From an uncultured Microthrixaceae bacterium (GTDB lineage: Bacteria; Actinomycetota; Acidimicrobiia; Acidimicrobiales; VFJN01): a DNA stretch of 64,000 bases. Below, piece after piece: positions 1-10,635 of this stretch (position 1 is the first letter of the stretch; each line of letters starts with the position of its first letter). The stretch is taken from contig CAVQWY010000004.1 of NCBI GenBank assembly GCA_963717755.1, forward strand, positions 75,451 through 139,450. Reading direction: 5' to 3'. A program made the position numbers and the translations under genes. The notes beneath the pieces are model-generated. The model was not told the DNA's origin. It did no database searches and saw only the letters and a list, made by a program, of their open reading frames with translations.

Positions 1-1321
1 CCGCGACGAGCAGGAGGGCGACGACGGCCACGCCGGCGACGTAGAAGAAGAGGGCCTCGGCCGGACGCAGCGGGAGGTTGGCCCGCTCGAGCAGGCCCTC
101 GACCTTGGTGAGGAACCCTTGTCGCTCCGCGAACTGACCGGTGGCCTCCACCGCTCGTTGGAGCAGCGGCGTCTGGGCGAGCTGCTGGCCCTTGCCGTCG
201 CCGCCGTCGTCGGCGTCGGGGTCGGCGACGTAGCCCTCGGCGTACGGCCGCAGCGCCTGGTCGAGGCTGCCGTCGTTGCCGAAGAACGAGCTGCCGATGC
301 TGAACACGGCGGCCACGCGCCGCCAGGGCGACCAGGCCGAGGGCCGACCGCGAAGCCGGTCGACGACCGGAAGAAGGCCGGGCCCGACGGCTTCTGCACC
401 GTCTGCGGGCCGCAGGGATGCCGCCCCCTCCTGGTAGCTGCCCGCCACGAACTCGGCGGACGGCCTCGTCGGTCGCCGACCGTGAGCTGGAGGGGCACGG
501 TGCCGTCGGTGGCCTGCGACGCGTAGGTGACGACGTACTGCTTGCGCAGGGTGGCCTGCACGCCCTCGAACAGCGCACCGACACCGGCGGGGTCGTCGGC
601 GACGCGTGGCCGTGCCGCCGGTCTCGGCGGCGATCTGCGGCGAGCGCGCCGAAGCCGGGGTTCTCGACGCCGACGGCGAACAGGGCGCCGCCGACCGCGG
701 TCGACCGCCGCCTCGGCCTGCGCTCGGATCGGCGAGGTGGACGTGCTGTCCTTGCCGTCGGAGAACACGACGATGTTGGGCTGCAGCTCGGAGTCGTCGA
801 AGAGGGCCGCCGCCCGGACGATGCCGTCGTAGAGCGACGTGTCCGGCTCGAGCGCGATCTTGTCGAGCGCGGCGTTGAGCTCGGCCTTGTCGGTGGTGAA
901 CTCCTGCACGACGCGCGACCTCGCTGTTGAAGGTGACGATGGCGATCTGGTCGGTGGCGGCCTTGGCGTCGACGAAGGCGTGGGCGGCCTCCAGCACGCG
1001 CTCGATGAGCGCGCCCTCCTCCATCGACTTCGAGGCGTCGACGGCCAGCACGACGCCGAGATCCCGCTGGTCGTCGAGCGGGACCGCGGCGGTGGTCTCG
1101 ACGCAGGTCGCCGTCCTCGCGCACGCGCGAGGCCGCTGAGGTCGTTGCGGTCGCCGGCGTAGAAGAAGGTGACCTCGCACCGCGTCCGGGTCGGTGGCGT
1201 CGACCTCGCGGATCGCCCAGCGCGGCGTCGGCGTCCTGGGCGCCGACCGGCGCGAGGCCGCCGAGCAGCGACGCGCGACGAACGCGACCGCGGCACCGAG
1301 GGCGGCGAGGACCCGACGCAT
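1..1321 (-). CDS. Secreted/membrane vWA-domain protein fused to a TadB-like (T2SS-F family) domain. 3' end leaves the window and the frame is broken several times.
   Basis: Absent from the ORF track. Manual minus-strand translation from the ATG at 1319-1321 (ATGA overlap with the cpaF stop) gives MRRVLAALGAAVAFVA. It then gives DLGVVLAVDASKSMEEGALIERVLEAAHAFVDAKAATDQIAIVTFNSEV, a vWA MIDAS DxSxS motif. In another frame it gives QFAERQGFLTKVEGLLERANLPLRPAEALFFYVAGVAVVALLL, which is TadB/TadC-like. Confidence 0.55.
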   Translation of the reverse strand, partial: MRRVLAALGAAVAFVARRCSAASRRSAPRTPTPRWAIREVDATDPDAVRGHLLLRRRPQRPQRPRACARTATCVETTAAVPLDDQRDLGVVLAVDASKSMEEGALIERVLEAAHAFVDAKAATDQIAIVTFNSEVARRAGVHHRQGRAQRRARQDRARAGHVALRRHRPGGGPLRRLRAAAQHRRVLRRQGQHVHLADPSAGRGGGRPRSAAPCSPSASRTPASARSPQIAAETGGTATRRRRPRRCRCAVRGRAGHPAQAVRRHLRVAGHRRHRAPPAHGRRPTRPSAEFVAGSYQEGAASLRPADGAEAVGPGLLPVVDRLRGRPSAWSPWRRVAAVFSIGSSFFGNDGSLDQALRPYAEGYVADPDADDGGDGKGQQLAQTPLLQRAVEATGQFAERQGFLTKVEGLLERANLPLRPAEALFFYVAGVAVVALLLVA

Positions 1322-2688
1322 CAGCCGGCTCCCTGGGCCCGGCGGGCGAAGGCCTCCGGCTGGAACACCTCTGGTCCGAGGCGGATGCCGAGGTCGGCGA
1401 GCTTCTCGGCGAACTTCGGACGGACGCCGGTGGCCTTCAGGTGGCCCTTGAAGCGGCCGTGCTCGTCGATGCCCATGCCGAAGTCGAACAGGAAGATGTC
1501 CTGCAGGGTGATGACGTCGCCCTCCATGCCCTGCACCTCGGTGACGTGCGTGATGCGGCGGGTGCCGTCCCGCAGGCGGGTGAGGTGCACGATGAGGTCG
1601 AGGGCGGAGGCCATCTGCTCGCGGATGGCCCGGACGGGCAGGTCGAAGCCCGCCATGAGGGTCATCGTCTCGATGCGGGACAGCGTGTCGCGCGGGCTGT
1701 TCGAGTGGATGGTGGTGATCGAGCCGTCGTGGCCCGTGTTCATGGCCTGGAGCATGTCGAGCGCCTCGCCGCCACGGCACTCGCCGACCACGACCCGGTC
1801 GGGCCGCATCCGGAGGGCGTTGCGGACGAGGTCGCGGATCGTGACCAGGCCCTTGCCCTCGATGTTCGGCGGGCGGGCCTCCATCGAGAGCACGTGCTCC
1901 TGGTTGAGCTGGAGCTCCTTGGCATCCTCGATGGTGACGATGCGCTCCTCGGCCGGGATGAACGACGACAGCACGTTGAGGGTGGTCGTCTTGCCGGTGC
2001 CGGTGCCGCCCGAGACGATCACGTTCAGGCGACCGACGACGCAGGCCTGCAGGAAGCGGGCCGAGTGGGCGTTCAGGGTGCCGAAGCGGATGAGGTCGTC
2101 GATCTGGTACGGGTCCTTGGAGAACTTGCGGATCGTGAGGAACGGACCGCCGATGGCCAGCGGGTGGATGACCGCGTTGACGCGGGAGCCGTCGGGCAGG
2201 CGGGCGTCGACCATGGGGGTGGCTTCGTCGATGCGACGGCCGACCTGGCTGACGATCTTGTCGATGATCCGACGGAGGTGCGTCTCGTCGACGAAGCTGG
2301 CGTTGGTGCGCTCGATGCGGCCGGCCCGCTCCACGTACACGGACTCGGGGCCGTTGACCATGACCTCGGAGACCTCTTCGTCCTTGAGGAGGCGGTCGAT
2401 CGGGCCGTAGCCGAGGATGTCGTCGGAGACGTCCTGGATGAGCTGCGCCTTGTCGGCGGCGCTGAGCGGGGCCCGCTCCTGGGCCAGGGCGGCGTGCAGC
2501 TGCTCGTGGACACGGCGGCGGAGGTCGTCCTCCGACAGCCGCTTGTCGTAGAGGATCGGCCCGAGCTCGTCGATCAGGTGGTGGTGGATCCGCTGGCGCA
2601 GCTCGTCGAGCACCGGGTCGCGGCGCTTCGTGCTGCCTGCGGCCGCCGGACCCTGCTGGACCTCGTGCAAGCGCTTGTAGAGGCTCAT
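1321..2688 (-). CDS. cpaF: Flp/Tad pilus assembly ATPase CpaF/TadA
   Basis: Intact 455 aa ORF. Walker A is GGTGTGKTT. The motifs VGECRGGEALDMLQAMNTGHDGS and TIHSNSP are typical of the CpaF/VirB11 secretion ATPase family. Confidence 0.95.
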   Translation of the reverse strand: MSLYKRLHEVQQGPAAAGSTKRRDPVLDELRQRIHHHLIDELGPILYDKRLSEDDLRRRVHEQLHAALAQERAPLSAADKAQLIQDVSDDILGYGPIDRLLKDEEVSEVMVNGPESVYVERAGRIERTNASFVDETHLRRIIDKIVSQVGRRIDEATPMVDARLPDGSRVNAVIHPLAIGGPFLTIRKFSKDPYQIDDLIRFGTLNAHSARFLQACVVGRLNVIVSGGTGTGKTTTLNVLSSFIPAEERIVTIEDAKELQLNQEHVLSMEARPPNIEGKGLVTIRDLVRNALRMRPDRVVVGECRGGEALDMLQAMNTGHDGSITTIHSNSPRDTLSRIETMTLMAGFDLPVRAIREQMASALDLIVHLTRLRDGTRRITHVTEVQGMEGDVITLQDIFLFDFGMGIDEHGRFKGHLKATGVRPKFAEKLADLGIRLGPEVFQPEAFARRAQGAG

Positions 2689-2709
2689 CCCGCCCTTCCT
2701 TCCTCAGAC

Positions 2710-3849
2710 CTAGCGCCGCCGACGACCGTCGTCGGGGGCGAACATGTTGGCCAGCTGCTCGATCGACTTCGCGACCCCGGACTTCGGGGCGTCGAGGACC
2801 ACCGGGGTTCCCTTGTTGACCGATTGGGGCACCACCACATCGCTCGGGATGAGCGACTCGGCCTTGATCTGGAGCGTGCGCTCGACCTCGCTGACGTCGA
2901 GCTTGACCTTCGAGTTGGCCCGGTTGAGGACCAGGTGGAGCTTGGTCATCGGCACGTTGAGCAGCCGGAGCGTCTGCAGGCCGATCTTGACGTTCTTGAT
3001 GTTGGGGATGTCCATGCCGGCGACGAGGAGCACCTCGTCGCTCTCCTCGATGAGGCCGAGCACGACCTCGTTGAAGTAGGCGGGCGTGTCGATCACGATC
3101 GAGCTGCAGAAGGTGCGGAGCAAGCGGACGATCTGCACCATCTCCGCCGCGCTGATCTGGTCGGCGAAGGAGGGCTCGAGGGGCGCGGGCAGGATCAGCA
3201 GCCCCGACGGCTCGTGCCGCATCAGGAACTGGCTGAGGAGCGTGGGGTCGAGGCGGTCGAGCGAGCCGACCGCGTCGACGATGGTGTGCTGCGGCGCCAG
3301 CTTGAGCATGACGGCGACGTCGCCGAACTGCAGGTCGGCGTCGACCAGCACGACCGGACGGTCCTTCGAGCGCTTGGCCAGGACGACGGCCAGGTTGGCG
3401 GCCAGCATCGACTTGCCGGCGCCGCCCTTGGTGGAGAACACCGTGATGACCTTGCCGAGCTCGGCGCCGTCCCCGATGCCGTCGGCGACCCCGAAGGCGC
3501 CGTCGCCGGCGCTCGTCGACAGGTCGAGGCCCTCGACCACGCGGGTGACGGCGGTGGCGAGCTGCTCGGCGCTCACCGGGGCGGCGAGCACGTCGTTGAC
3601 GCCGGACCGGAGGGCGGTCTGCAGGAGATCGGTGGACAGCTCGTCGGTGACGAGCACGGTGCCCACCTCCCGGTGGGCCTGCAGGGTCTTGCCGATGTCG
3701 GCCAGCCACGACGGGTTGGCGCACGAGGGGCCGAGCACGATCACCATCGGCAGCCCCCGCAGGCGGGTCTGCAGCGCATCGATGGACTCGACTGCCTCCG
3801 CGCGCACGCCGAGCTGCGCGACCAGAGCGGTCGCGCTCAGCCGGGTCAT
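2710..3849 (-). CDS. cpaE: CpaE/TadZ-like pilus localisation ATPase (receiver-like N-domain plus MinD/ParA domain)
   Basis: Intact 379 aa ORF with the deviant Walker A STKGGAGKS, followed by VLVDADLQFGD. It sits immediately upstream of cpaF. Confidence 0.85.
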   Translation of the reverse strand: MTRLSATALVAQLGVRAEAVESIDALQTRLRGLPMVIVLGPSCANPSWLADIGKTLQAHREVGTVLVTDELSTDLLQTALRSGVNDVLAAPVSAEQLATAVTRVVEGLDLSTSAGDGAFGVADGIGDGAELGKVITVFSTKGGAGKSMLAANLAVVLAKRSKDRPVVLVDADLQFGDVAVMLKLAPQHTIVDAVGSLDRLDPTLLSQFLMRHEPSGLLILPAPLEPSFADQISAAEMVQIVRLLRTFCSSIVIDTPAYFNEVVLGLIEESDEVLLVAGMDIPNIKNVKIGLQTLRLLNVPMTKLHLVLNRANSKVKLDVSEVERTLQIKAESLIPSDVVVPQSVNKGTPVVLDAPKSGVAKSIEQLANMFAPDDGRRRR

Positions 3850-3953
3850 CGTCGAGGACGGCCACCGGCACGAGGTTCGTCGGGTTGGTAGCGATGGGGG
3901 CTGGTCCTTGTCTCAACACGGGTGTCGGTGGTGCGTGCGCTTCGGTGGTACCC

Positions 3954-4815
3954 CTACGACTCCGGTCGCCCTTCCGGGCCGTAGGGGGTGAGCTGGGTGT
4001 CCGTCTCGCCGGGGAGCGCTGCGTTGGTGTCGAGCGGTCCGAGCGGGGCGGGCTGGTAGTCCTTGGCGACGAGCGTCAGGTAGAACTCGCTGCCCTCCAC
4101 CGAGGCGATCTTCTGGGCGGCGTCCATGGGGACCGCGAAGGTGATCAGGCCCTGAGGTGGTGGTGGCCGCCGGCGTGCCGTCGGCGTTGGTGGCCGCGGT
4201 CTCCCCCGGCTCCAGCTTCCGGGTCTGGCCGACCGCGAGGATCTGGACCTTGTGGAAGAGCAGGCGGGCGGGGCTGGGCGTAGACCTCGTCGCCCGGTGC
4301 CCCCTCGGCGCGGGGCGCCGCCGCCCTCGGTCGCCGTCGACGGCGGACTGGGTGGTGACGAGCAGGTTGACGAAGTCGCCTGGCACCAGGAGGCCGGCGA
4401 CGCCTCTGATCTGGTCGACCGAGACCGTGATCGCCACCTCGTTGTTCTTGAGCAGGCTCGAGAACGTCGAGAGCGACGCCGCCTGGGTGACGAACTGGTT
4501 GCTCACGACCACCTGGTTGGCCGGGAGGTCGGAGATGGCGACCAGGCCGTCGATCTGGGATGGCTGCGTGATGGCCGTGGCCGGACGGTACTCCTTGGCG
4601 ATCACGTCCTCCTCGATGAGGCCTTGTGCGAAGGCCTCATCGCCGAAGGTGCCCTTGGGGATGTCCTGGACGATCTTGAAGATCTTGACCCGCTCGGCGT
4701 TGTCGTTGGCCTCGTCCTCGATGCCTCCGACATACGTGAACAGGGCGTACGCCGCGACGGCGCCCACGAGCGCAGCCGCGATCAGGATCAGCGTTCGACG
4801 AGAGCTCACACCCAC
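3954..4815 (-). CDS. cpaB: CpaB/RcpC-like Flp pilus assembly protein, with apparent frame breaks in the C-terminal third
   Basis: N-terminal TM helix, then FKIVQDIPKGT...VAISDLPANQVV...VAITVSVDQIRGVAGLLVPGDFVNLLVT (SAF/CpaB-like). After about 4330 the tracked frame turns into R/P-rich nonsense. Shifting frames restores LLFHKVQILAVGQT...GLITFAVPMDAAQKIASVEGSEFYLTLVAKDY and a TAG stop at 3954-3956. Confidence 0.75.
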
Positions 4816-4888
4816 CTCTTCTCCGATAGGACCTTCCGCAAGGTCGGCCGAACCTTAGCCCCACCTTTAGCCCTAGATCGTGACCGCT

Positions 4889-6305
4889 CTACGTGACCAG
4901 CCCCGGCACGATCAGGTTTCGTTGACCTCGCCGGCGTCTCCGCTTCGGCGTCATCGGCCGGGCATCGTGGCCGCTTCGGCGGGCGGCGGCTCCGGGGTGC
5001 GCCGGCTCCTCGAAGTACTCGGCCCAGGCGGCCTCGGCGGCCTCGTCGTGCTCGATGGCCGGTCCGATGTAGTTGCCCTCGGCGTCGTACTGGTGCTCGC
5101 CGAAGTGCTCCTTGTACTCGTCGGCCACCACGCCGCCCTCGGCGGCCTGCTTGATCGAGAGGCTGATGCGGCGGCGCTGGAGGTCGAGGTCGATGATCTT
5201 GACCCACAGCTCCTCGCCGGGGGTGACCACCTGCTCGGGCAGGTCGACGTGGTGGGCCGACATCTCGGAGATGTGGACCAGGCCCTCGATGCCCTCGCCC
5301 ACCTGGACGAACGAGCCGAACGGCACCAGCTTGGTGACCCGGCCGTAGACGAGCTCGCCCACCCGGTGGGACGTGGCGAACTCCTGCCACGGATCCTGCT
5401 GGGTGGCCTTGAGCGACAGGCTGATGCGCTCGCGGTCGAGATCGACGTCGAGCACCTGCACGGTGACCTCGTCGCCGACGGCCACGACGGAGCCGGGGTG
5501 GTCGACGTGCTTCCACGACAGCTCGGACACGTGGATGAGGCCGTCCATGCCGCCGAGGTCGACGAAGGCGCCGAAGTTCACGACGCTGGACACGACGCCG
5601 CTGCGGACCTCGCCCGGCTTGAGGTTGGTGAGGAAGTCCTCGCGCTGCTCCTTCTGCGTCTCCTCGAGCCAGGCCCGGCGGGACAGCACGACGTTGTTGC
5701 GGTTCTTGTCGAGCTCGATGATCTTGGCCTCGATCGTCTTGCCCACGTAGGGCTGCAGGTCGCGCACCCGGCGGAGCTCGACGAGGGAGGCGGGGAGGAA
5801 GCCGCGGAGGCCGATGTCGAGGATCAGGCCGCCCTTGACGACCTCGATGACGGGGCCGGTGACCACGCCGTCCTCTTCCTTGATGCGCTCGATGTCGCCC
5901 CAGGCCCGCTCGTACTGGGCCCGCTTCTTGGACAGGACCAGGCGGCCTTCCTTGTCCTCCTTGGTGAGGACGAGGGCCTCGATCTTGTCGCCCAGCGACA
6001 CGATCTCGTTGGGGTCGACGTCGTTGCGGATCGACAGCTCGCGGCTGGGGATCACGCCCTCGGACTTGTAGCCGATGTCGAGGAGGACCTCGTCGCGGTC
6101 GACCTTGACCACCGTGCCTTCCACGAGCTGGCCGTCCTCGACCGACACGAGGGTGCCGTCGATGGCGTCTTCGAAGCCGCCGGCCAGATCGTCATCGGTG
6201 ATCTGGCGGGGGGTGTAGGTGCCGTCTTCGGCGAAGGTGCCGAAGGGCAGAGGGGGCGTCGGTGGCTTCCGGGTTGGGCTCGTAGGTCAGGGTGTCGTCG
6301 GACAA
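4889..6305 (-). CDS. rpsA: 30S ribosomal protein S1
   Basis: Four or more S1 repeats (GTVVKVDRDEVLLDIGYKSEGVIP, GVVSSVVNFGAFVDLGGMDGLIHVSEL, GRVTKLVPFGSFVQVGEGIEGLVHISE). The N-terminus continues upstream of the tracked start (TPRQITDDDLAGGFEDAIDGTLV). A further SDDTLTYEPNPEATDAP segment lies in another frame, so one break falls near 6250-6262. Both ends are uncertain. Confidence 0.9.
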
Positions 6306-6399
6306 GGGAGTAGGCCTTCAGGGGATCGGGGACAGGGATGCGCGCCGGGCTGGTGCCGCGAAGCGCGCCGGGCAGCGTACACCGGGCCTCCGGCCCAGG

Positions 6400-7132
6400 T
6401 CACGGCCGGCGGGCCACCAACAGGAGCTCCGGCCGCTCGCTGGTGGGCACGGCCTGCGCGTAGGCGCCCGGTGTGACCGACCACAGGTGCTCCACGTCGA
6501 GCCCCGCGGCGGCGGCCAGCAGCCGCAGCTCCCGAGGGGTGAAGCAGGTGGTCCAGAGGTCGACCTCGGCCGCCGTGCCCGCCTCGTCGCGCACCTCGGT
6601 GCGCTCGTGGTTCACCCCGGCGTCGGCGTCGAAGGTGTCGTGATCCTCCAGGTAGCGCAGCTGGAAGTAGGCCGAGAAGGCCGACACCGCGAGCCGGCCG
6701 CCCGGCCGCAGGGCCCGGGCCATGCCGGCCAGCACCGCCCCGTCACCGTCGAGCGGGGCCCCAGGCCCGCCGGTGAGGCCGAAGGCGCCCTGGCAGAGGG
6801 ACAGCGCCACGTCGAACTCGGCGTCGAAGGCCAGGTTCCGGGCGTCAGCCCGGCGGAACGTCGCGCCCGGCGGCGCGTCGGCGCTGGCCAGGTCGACGAA
6901 GCGCTGGCTGATGTCGATCCCCACGACCTCGAGGCCGCGCCGAGCCAGCGCGTGGGCGTGGCGCCCAGGACCGCACCCGACGTCGAGCAGCCGCGTCCCC
7001 GGCACGAGGTCCAGGGCGGACACGAGGAACTCGACCTCCTGCTCGGTGCCCTTGGTGAACGAGTAGCGCAGGTACGCCGCGCCCGAGGTGCTCGGCGACC
7101 GGTTCGAACCAGTGGTCAGGCGGCTGGGTCAC
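6400..7132 (-). CDS. Class I SAM-dependent methyltransferase (one apparent frame break near 7075)
   Basis: LLDVGCGPGRHAHALARRGLEVVGIDIS is SAM motif I. The N-terminal MTQPPDHWFEPVAEHLG lies in ORF 6845..7132 and joins the 6400..7023 frame. Confidence 0.8.
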
Positions 7133-7320
7133 CCGAAGCCGGGCGTGGTGTCACACGTCCAGTCGGGCGGGAAGAACTGCCATGACTTCGGGCCGCCGTT
7201 GCAGTCGTTCTGACCGGCCAGCGCGACGGCCGCGGAGTACAGGACGAACACCACCACCAGGAGCATCACGAACCAGAGCGGTCCGCTCCCCCGTCGATCG
7301 AGCTTCTTGCCGCCTGCCAT
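7129..7320 (-). CDS. Small single-pass membrane protein, unknown function
   Basis: Internal ATG at 7318-7320, preceded by GAGGAGGAG 5-13 nt upstream. Sequence is MAGGKKLDRRGSGPLWFVMLLVVVFVLYSAAVALAG followed by a Cys-containing tail. It lies 14 nt after the polA stop. Confidence 0.5.
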   Translation of the reverse strand: MAGGKKLDRRGSGPLWFVMLLVVVFVLYSAAVALAGQNDCNGGPKSWQFFPPDWTCDTTPGFG

Positions 7321-7334
7321 CGCTCCTCCTCTGC

Positions 7335-10027
7335 TCAGCCCTTCGCCGCCGCCCAGCTCGGTCCGACCGCGAGGTTCACCTCGAGTGGCACGCACAGCTC
7401 CGCGGCGCCTGCCATCACCTCGACGACCAGCTCGCCCGCCCGCTCCACCTCGGCAGGTGGCACCTCCAGGAGGACCTCGTCGTGCACCTGCAGGATGAGG
7501 CGGCTGTCAAGGCCATCCGTGACGAGCCGCTCGTCCAGGCGCACGAGCGCCACCTTGAAGATGTCGGCCGCCAGGCCCTGGATCCCGGCGTTCATGGCCT
7601 GGCGCTCGCCGGCCTGGCGGATCCGGAAGTTGGACGACGCCAGCTCCGGGATCTGGCGACGACGGCCGAACAGGGTCTCGGTGTAGCCGCGCTCCCGGGC
7701 CTCGGCGACGACCCGCTCCATGTAGGCCTTCACCGCCGGGAAGGCGACGAAGTAGGCGTCGAGGATCTCGGCCGCCTCCTCCGTGGGGATGTTGAGGCGC
7801 TGGCCGAGCCCGTAGGCCTCCATGCCGTAGGCGAGGCCGTACGACACCATCTTCGCCTTCGACCGCATCTCGGTCGTGACGTCGCCGGCCTCCACGCTGA
7901 AGATCCGCGACGCGGTCTCCGTGTGGATGTCGCGGCCCGACTCGAAGCTGTCGATCAGCCCTGGGTCCTCGGCCAGGTGGGCGATGCACCGCAGCTCGAT
8001 CTGGTTGTAGTCGGCCACGAGCAGCTCGCAGCCGGCCGCCGGCACGAACGCCTTGCGGAACTCGCGTCCGAGCTCGGTGCGCACCGGGATGTTGTGGAGG
8101 TTCGGCTGGTCGGACGACAGGCGGCCCGTGCGCGCGACGGTCTGGTTGAACGTGGCGTGGATGCGGCCGTCGGGGCCGACCTCCTGGAGGAGGCCGTCGC
8201 CGTACGTCGAGCGGAGCTTCTCGACCTCGCGGTAGGCGAGGAGGTGCTCGATGATCGGGTGCTGGCCGGCCAGCTTCTCGAGGCTGGCGGCGTCGGTGGA
8301 GAACCCGGTCTTGGTCTTCTTCTGCGGCGCCAGCGCCAGCTCGTCGAACAGCACCTCTCGCAGCTGGAGGGTGGAGTTCACGTTGAAGTCGTGGCCCGCG
8401 GCCTCCACGATGGCAGTGCGGTGGCGCTCCACGTCCGCCACGAGGCGGTCGCGCAGCCGCTGGAGCTCGACGCGGTCGACCGCCACCCCCGCGTCCTCCA
8501 TGCGGGCCAGGACGCCGACGAGCGGCACCTCGATGTCGTCGTTGAGGGCGCGCAGCCCTTGGGCGTCGAGGGCGTCGAGCAGCGGTGCGACGAGCCGGTC
8601 GACGGCCAGGGCCCGGCGGGCGGTGGCCGTGGAGACCGGGGTGGTCGAGCCCTCGAGGTCGAGCTGGCCCTCCGCGGCGGCGTCGCCGTCGGGGATCCGC
8701 GCGCCGGCGTAGCGGACCACCAGCTCCTCGAGCAGGTAGCGGCTCTCCGCCGGATCGAGCAGGTAGGCCGCCAGCGCGGTGTCGAGCGCCAGGCTCCGCA
8801 CGTCGATGTCGAGGCTGGTGAGCGCACGGACGAGCGGCTTGGCCTGGTGGGCGGCCAGCGGACGGCCGTCGGCGCCGGCCAGATCGGCCAGCGCCGCCCG
8901 CACGGCGGGATCGGCGAGCCGCGCCCCCGGGATCCAGACGACGTCGCCGGTGGCACCGTCGCGCACGAGGGCCAGGCCCTCCGAGCTCGGACCGGCCTTC
9001 GGCGCCCGTCCACGCGGCGGCCAGCGCGAGCGGCGGGCCCTCCCCGGCCAGGCCGGCGAGCACCTTCGCGATCGTGGCCGGGTCATCCAACGACTCGACC
9101 TCCGCCTCGAGCACCTCCGCTTCGGCCGCCGCGGGGCCCAGGTCGGTGTCGAGGGCCTCGGCCAGTCGGTCGAAGAGGGTGTTGAACTCGAGGAACTCGA
9201 ACAGGCGGCGGACCTCTTCGACGTCGATCGTGCTCTGGTCCCACGTGACGTCGCCGATCGAGCGGTCGAGCGGCACGTCGCGGACGAGCACCATCAGCTC
9301 GAGGTTCTGGCGCACGTTGGCCTCGTTGGCGCCCAGGTTCTCGCGGAGCTTCGGCGTCTGCTCGTCGAGGTGCTCGAAGATGCCGTCGAGGCCGCCGTAG
9401 GTCGTGATCAGCTTGGCGGCCGTCTTCTCCCCCACCCCGGGCACACCGGGCAGGTTGTCGGACGGGTCGCCGCGCAGCGCCGCGTACTGCGGGTACAGCG
9501 TGGGGGTGACGCCGGTGCGCTCGAGGATCCCCGCTTCGTCGTAGTCGGCGTAGTCCGACACGCCCCGCTTGATGTAGACGACCCGGACGTGCGGGATCCT
9601 CGACGAGCTGGTAGGCGTCCCGGTCGCCCGTGAGGATCAGGACGTCGTCCTTCGCCTCGCGGCCCTGCGTGGCGAGCGTGGCGAGGATGTCGTCGGCTTC
9701 GAACCCGGGCGCCTCGAAGATCGGGATCTGGAGCGTCTCGAGGACCTGGCGCACGAGCCCCATCTGCTGGCGGAGGATGTCGGGCGCCGAATCGCGGGTG
9801 CCCTTGTACGTCGACAGCCGCTCGTGGCGGAACGTCGGCTGCGGCAGGTCGAAGGCCACGGCGATCGCGTCGGGCTTCCGTTCCTTCACGATGTTCACGA
9901 ACATCGACGTGAACCCGAACACCGCGTTGGTGACCTGACCCGACGCAGTGGCGAGGTCGGTGGGCAGCGCGAAGAACGCGCGGTAGGTGAGCGAGTTGCC
10001 GTCGATCAGGAGGACGGTGCGCGGCAC
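7335..10027 (-). CDS. polA: DNA polymerase I (two apparent frame breaks, about 9590 and about 8990-9010)
   Basis: The 5'-3' exonuclease N-terminus is in ORF 9083..10027 (LLIDGNSLTYRAFFAL...GFEADDILATLA...LTGDRDAYQLVEDP). It continues in ORF 7507..9561 (SDYADYDEAG...GDPSDNLPGVPGVGEKTAAKL). The polymerase domain is in ORF 7335..9086 (TGRLSSDQPNLHNIP, ADYNQIELR, QVHDEVLLE). Confidence 0.95.
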
Positions 10028-10034
10028 GGCGTCC

Positions 10035-10616
10035 TTACGCCTCGGGCACGAGGTCGCCTGCGATCACATCATCGGCGACCGCCCGCATCGTGCGACGGTC
10101 CTGCATGGCTCGCTTCTGGATCCACGAGAACGCGTCGGACTCGGTCAGGCCATGGCCGTCCATCAGGAGGCCCTTGGCGCGGTCGACGACCTTGCGCGTC
10201 TCGAGCTGCTCCTCGAGGCTCGTGTTCTGGTCGAACAGGGCCTGCATCTCCCGGAACCGGCCCAGCGCCACCTCGACGGCGGGGATCAGCTCGGAGCGCT
10301 GGAACGGCTTCACGAGGTACGCGAGCGCGCCCGCGTCGCGGGCCTGCTCGATCAGGTCGCGCTGGGAGAACGCGGTGAGGATCAGCACGGCCGCCTGGCG
10401 GTCGGCGGTGATCTCGCGAGCCGCGGCCAGACCGTCGAGGCCAGGCATCTTGATGTCGAGGATGGCGAGGTCGGGTGCCAGGTCGCGGACGAGCTCGACG
10501 GCTTCGTCACCGCGTCCGGTCTCGCCCACGACCTCGTAGCCCTCCTCTTCGAGGGTCTCCTTGAGGTCGAGGCGGATGATGGCCTCGTCTTCGGCGATGA
10601 CGACGCGGGTGGTCAC
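10035..10616 (-). CDS. pdtaR: ANTAR-domain response regulator (PdtaR-like)
   Basis: Receiver domain (VVIAEDEAIIRLDL...DLAILDIKMPGLDG) plus a C-terminal ANTAR domain (LETRKVVDRAKGLLMDGHGLTESDAFSWIQKRAMQDRR). Its position next to polA matches actinobacterial synteny. Confidence 0.9.
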   Translation of the reverse strand: MTTRVVIAEDEAIIRLDLKETLEEEGYEVVGETGRGDEAVELVRDLAPDLAILDIKMPGLDGLAAAREITADRQAAVLILTAFSQRDLIEQARDAGALAYLVKPFQRSELIPAVEVALGRFREMQALFDQNTSLEEQLETRKVVDRAKGLLMDGHGLTESDAFSWIQKRAMQDRRTMRAVADDVIAGDLVPEA

Positions 10617-10635
10617 CGTGGCTTCCTTTCTGGGG

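Noticed and set aside
1441-3891. 816-aa plus-strand ORF. Similar giant ORFs occur at 7182..9185, 11098..13374, 13870..15597, 4880..6313, 24131..25534, 27660..28901, 44781..46313 and 57388..59670.
   Set aside because: They lie antisense to, or out of frame with, genes that carry clear family motifs. Their translations are Arg/Ala/Gly/Pro/Asp-rich low-complexity strings with no motifs. Stop-poor alternative frames are expected in DNA this G/C-rich.
6340-6373. 11-nt direct repeat GCGCGCCGGGC occurring twice, 23 nt apart, upstream of rpsA.
   Set aside because: It is a short, pure-G/C, low-complexity repeat of the kind expected by chance in this composition. It has no palindromic or hairpin character.
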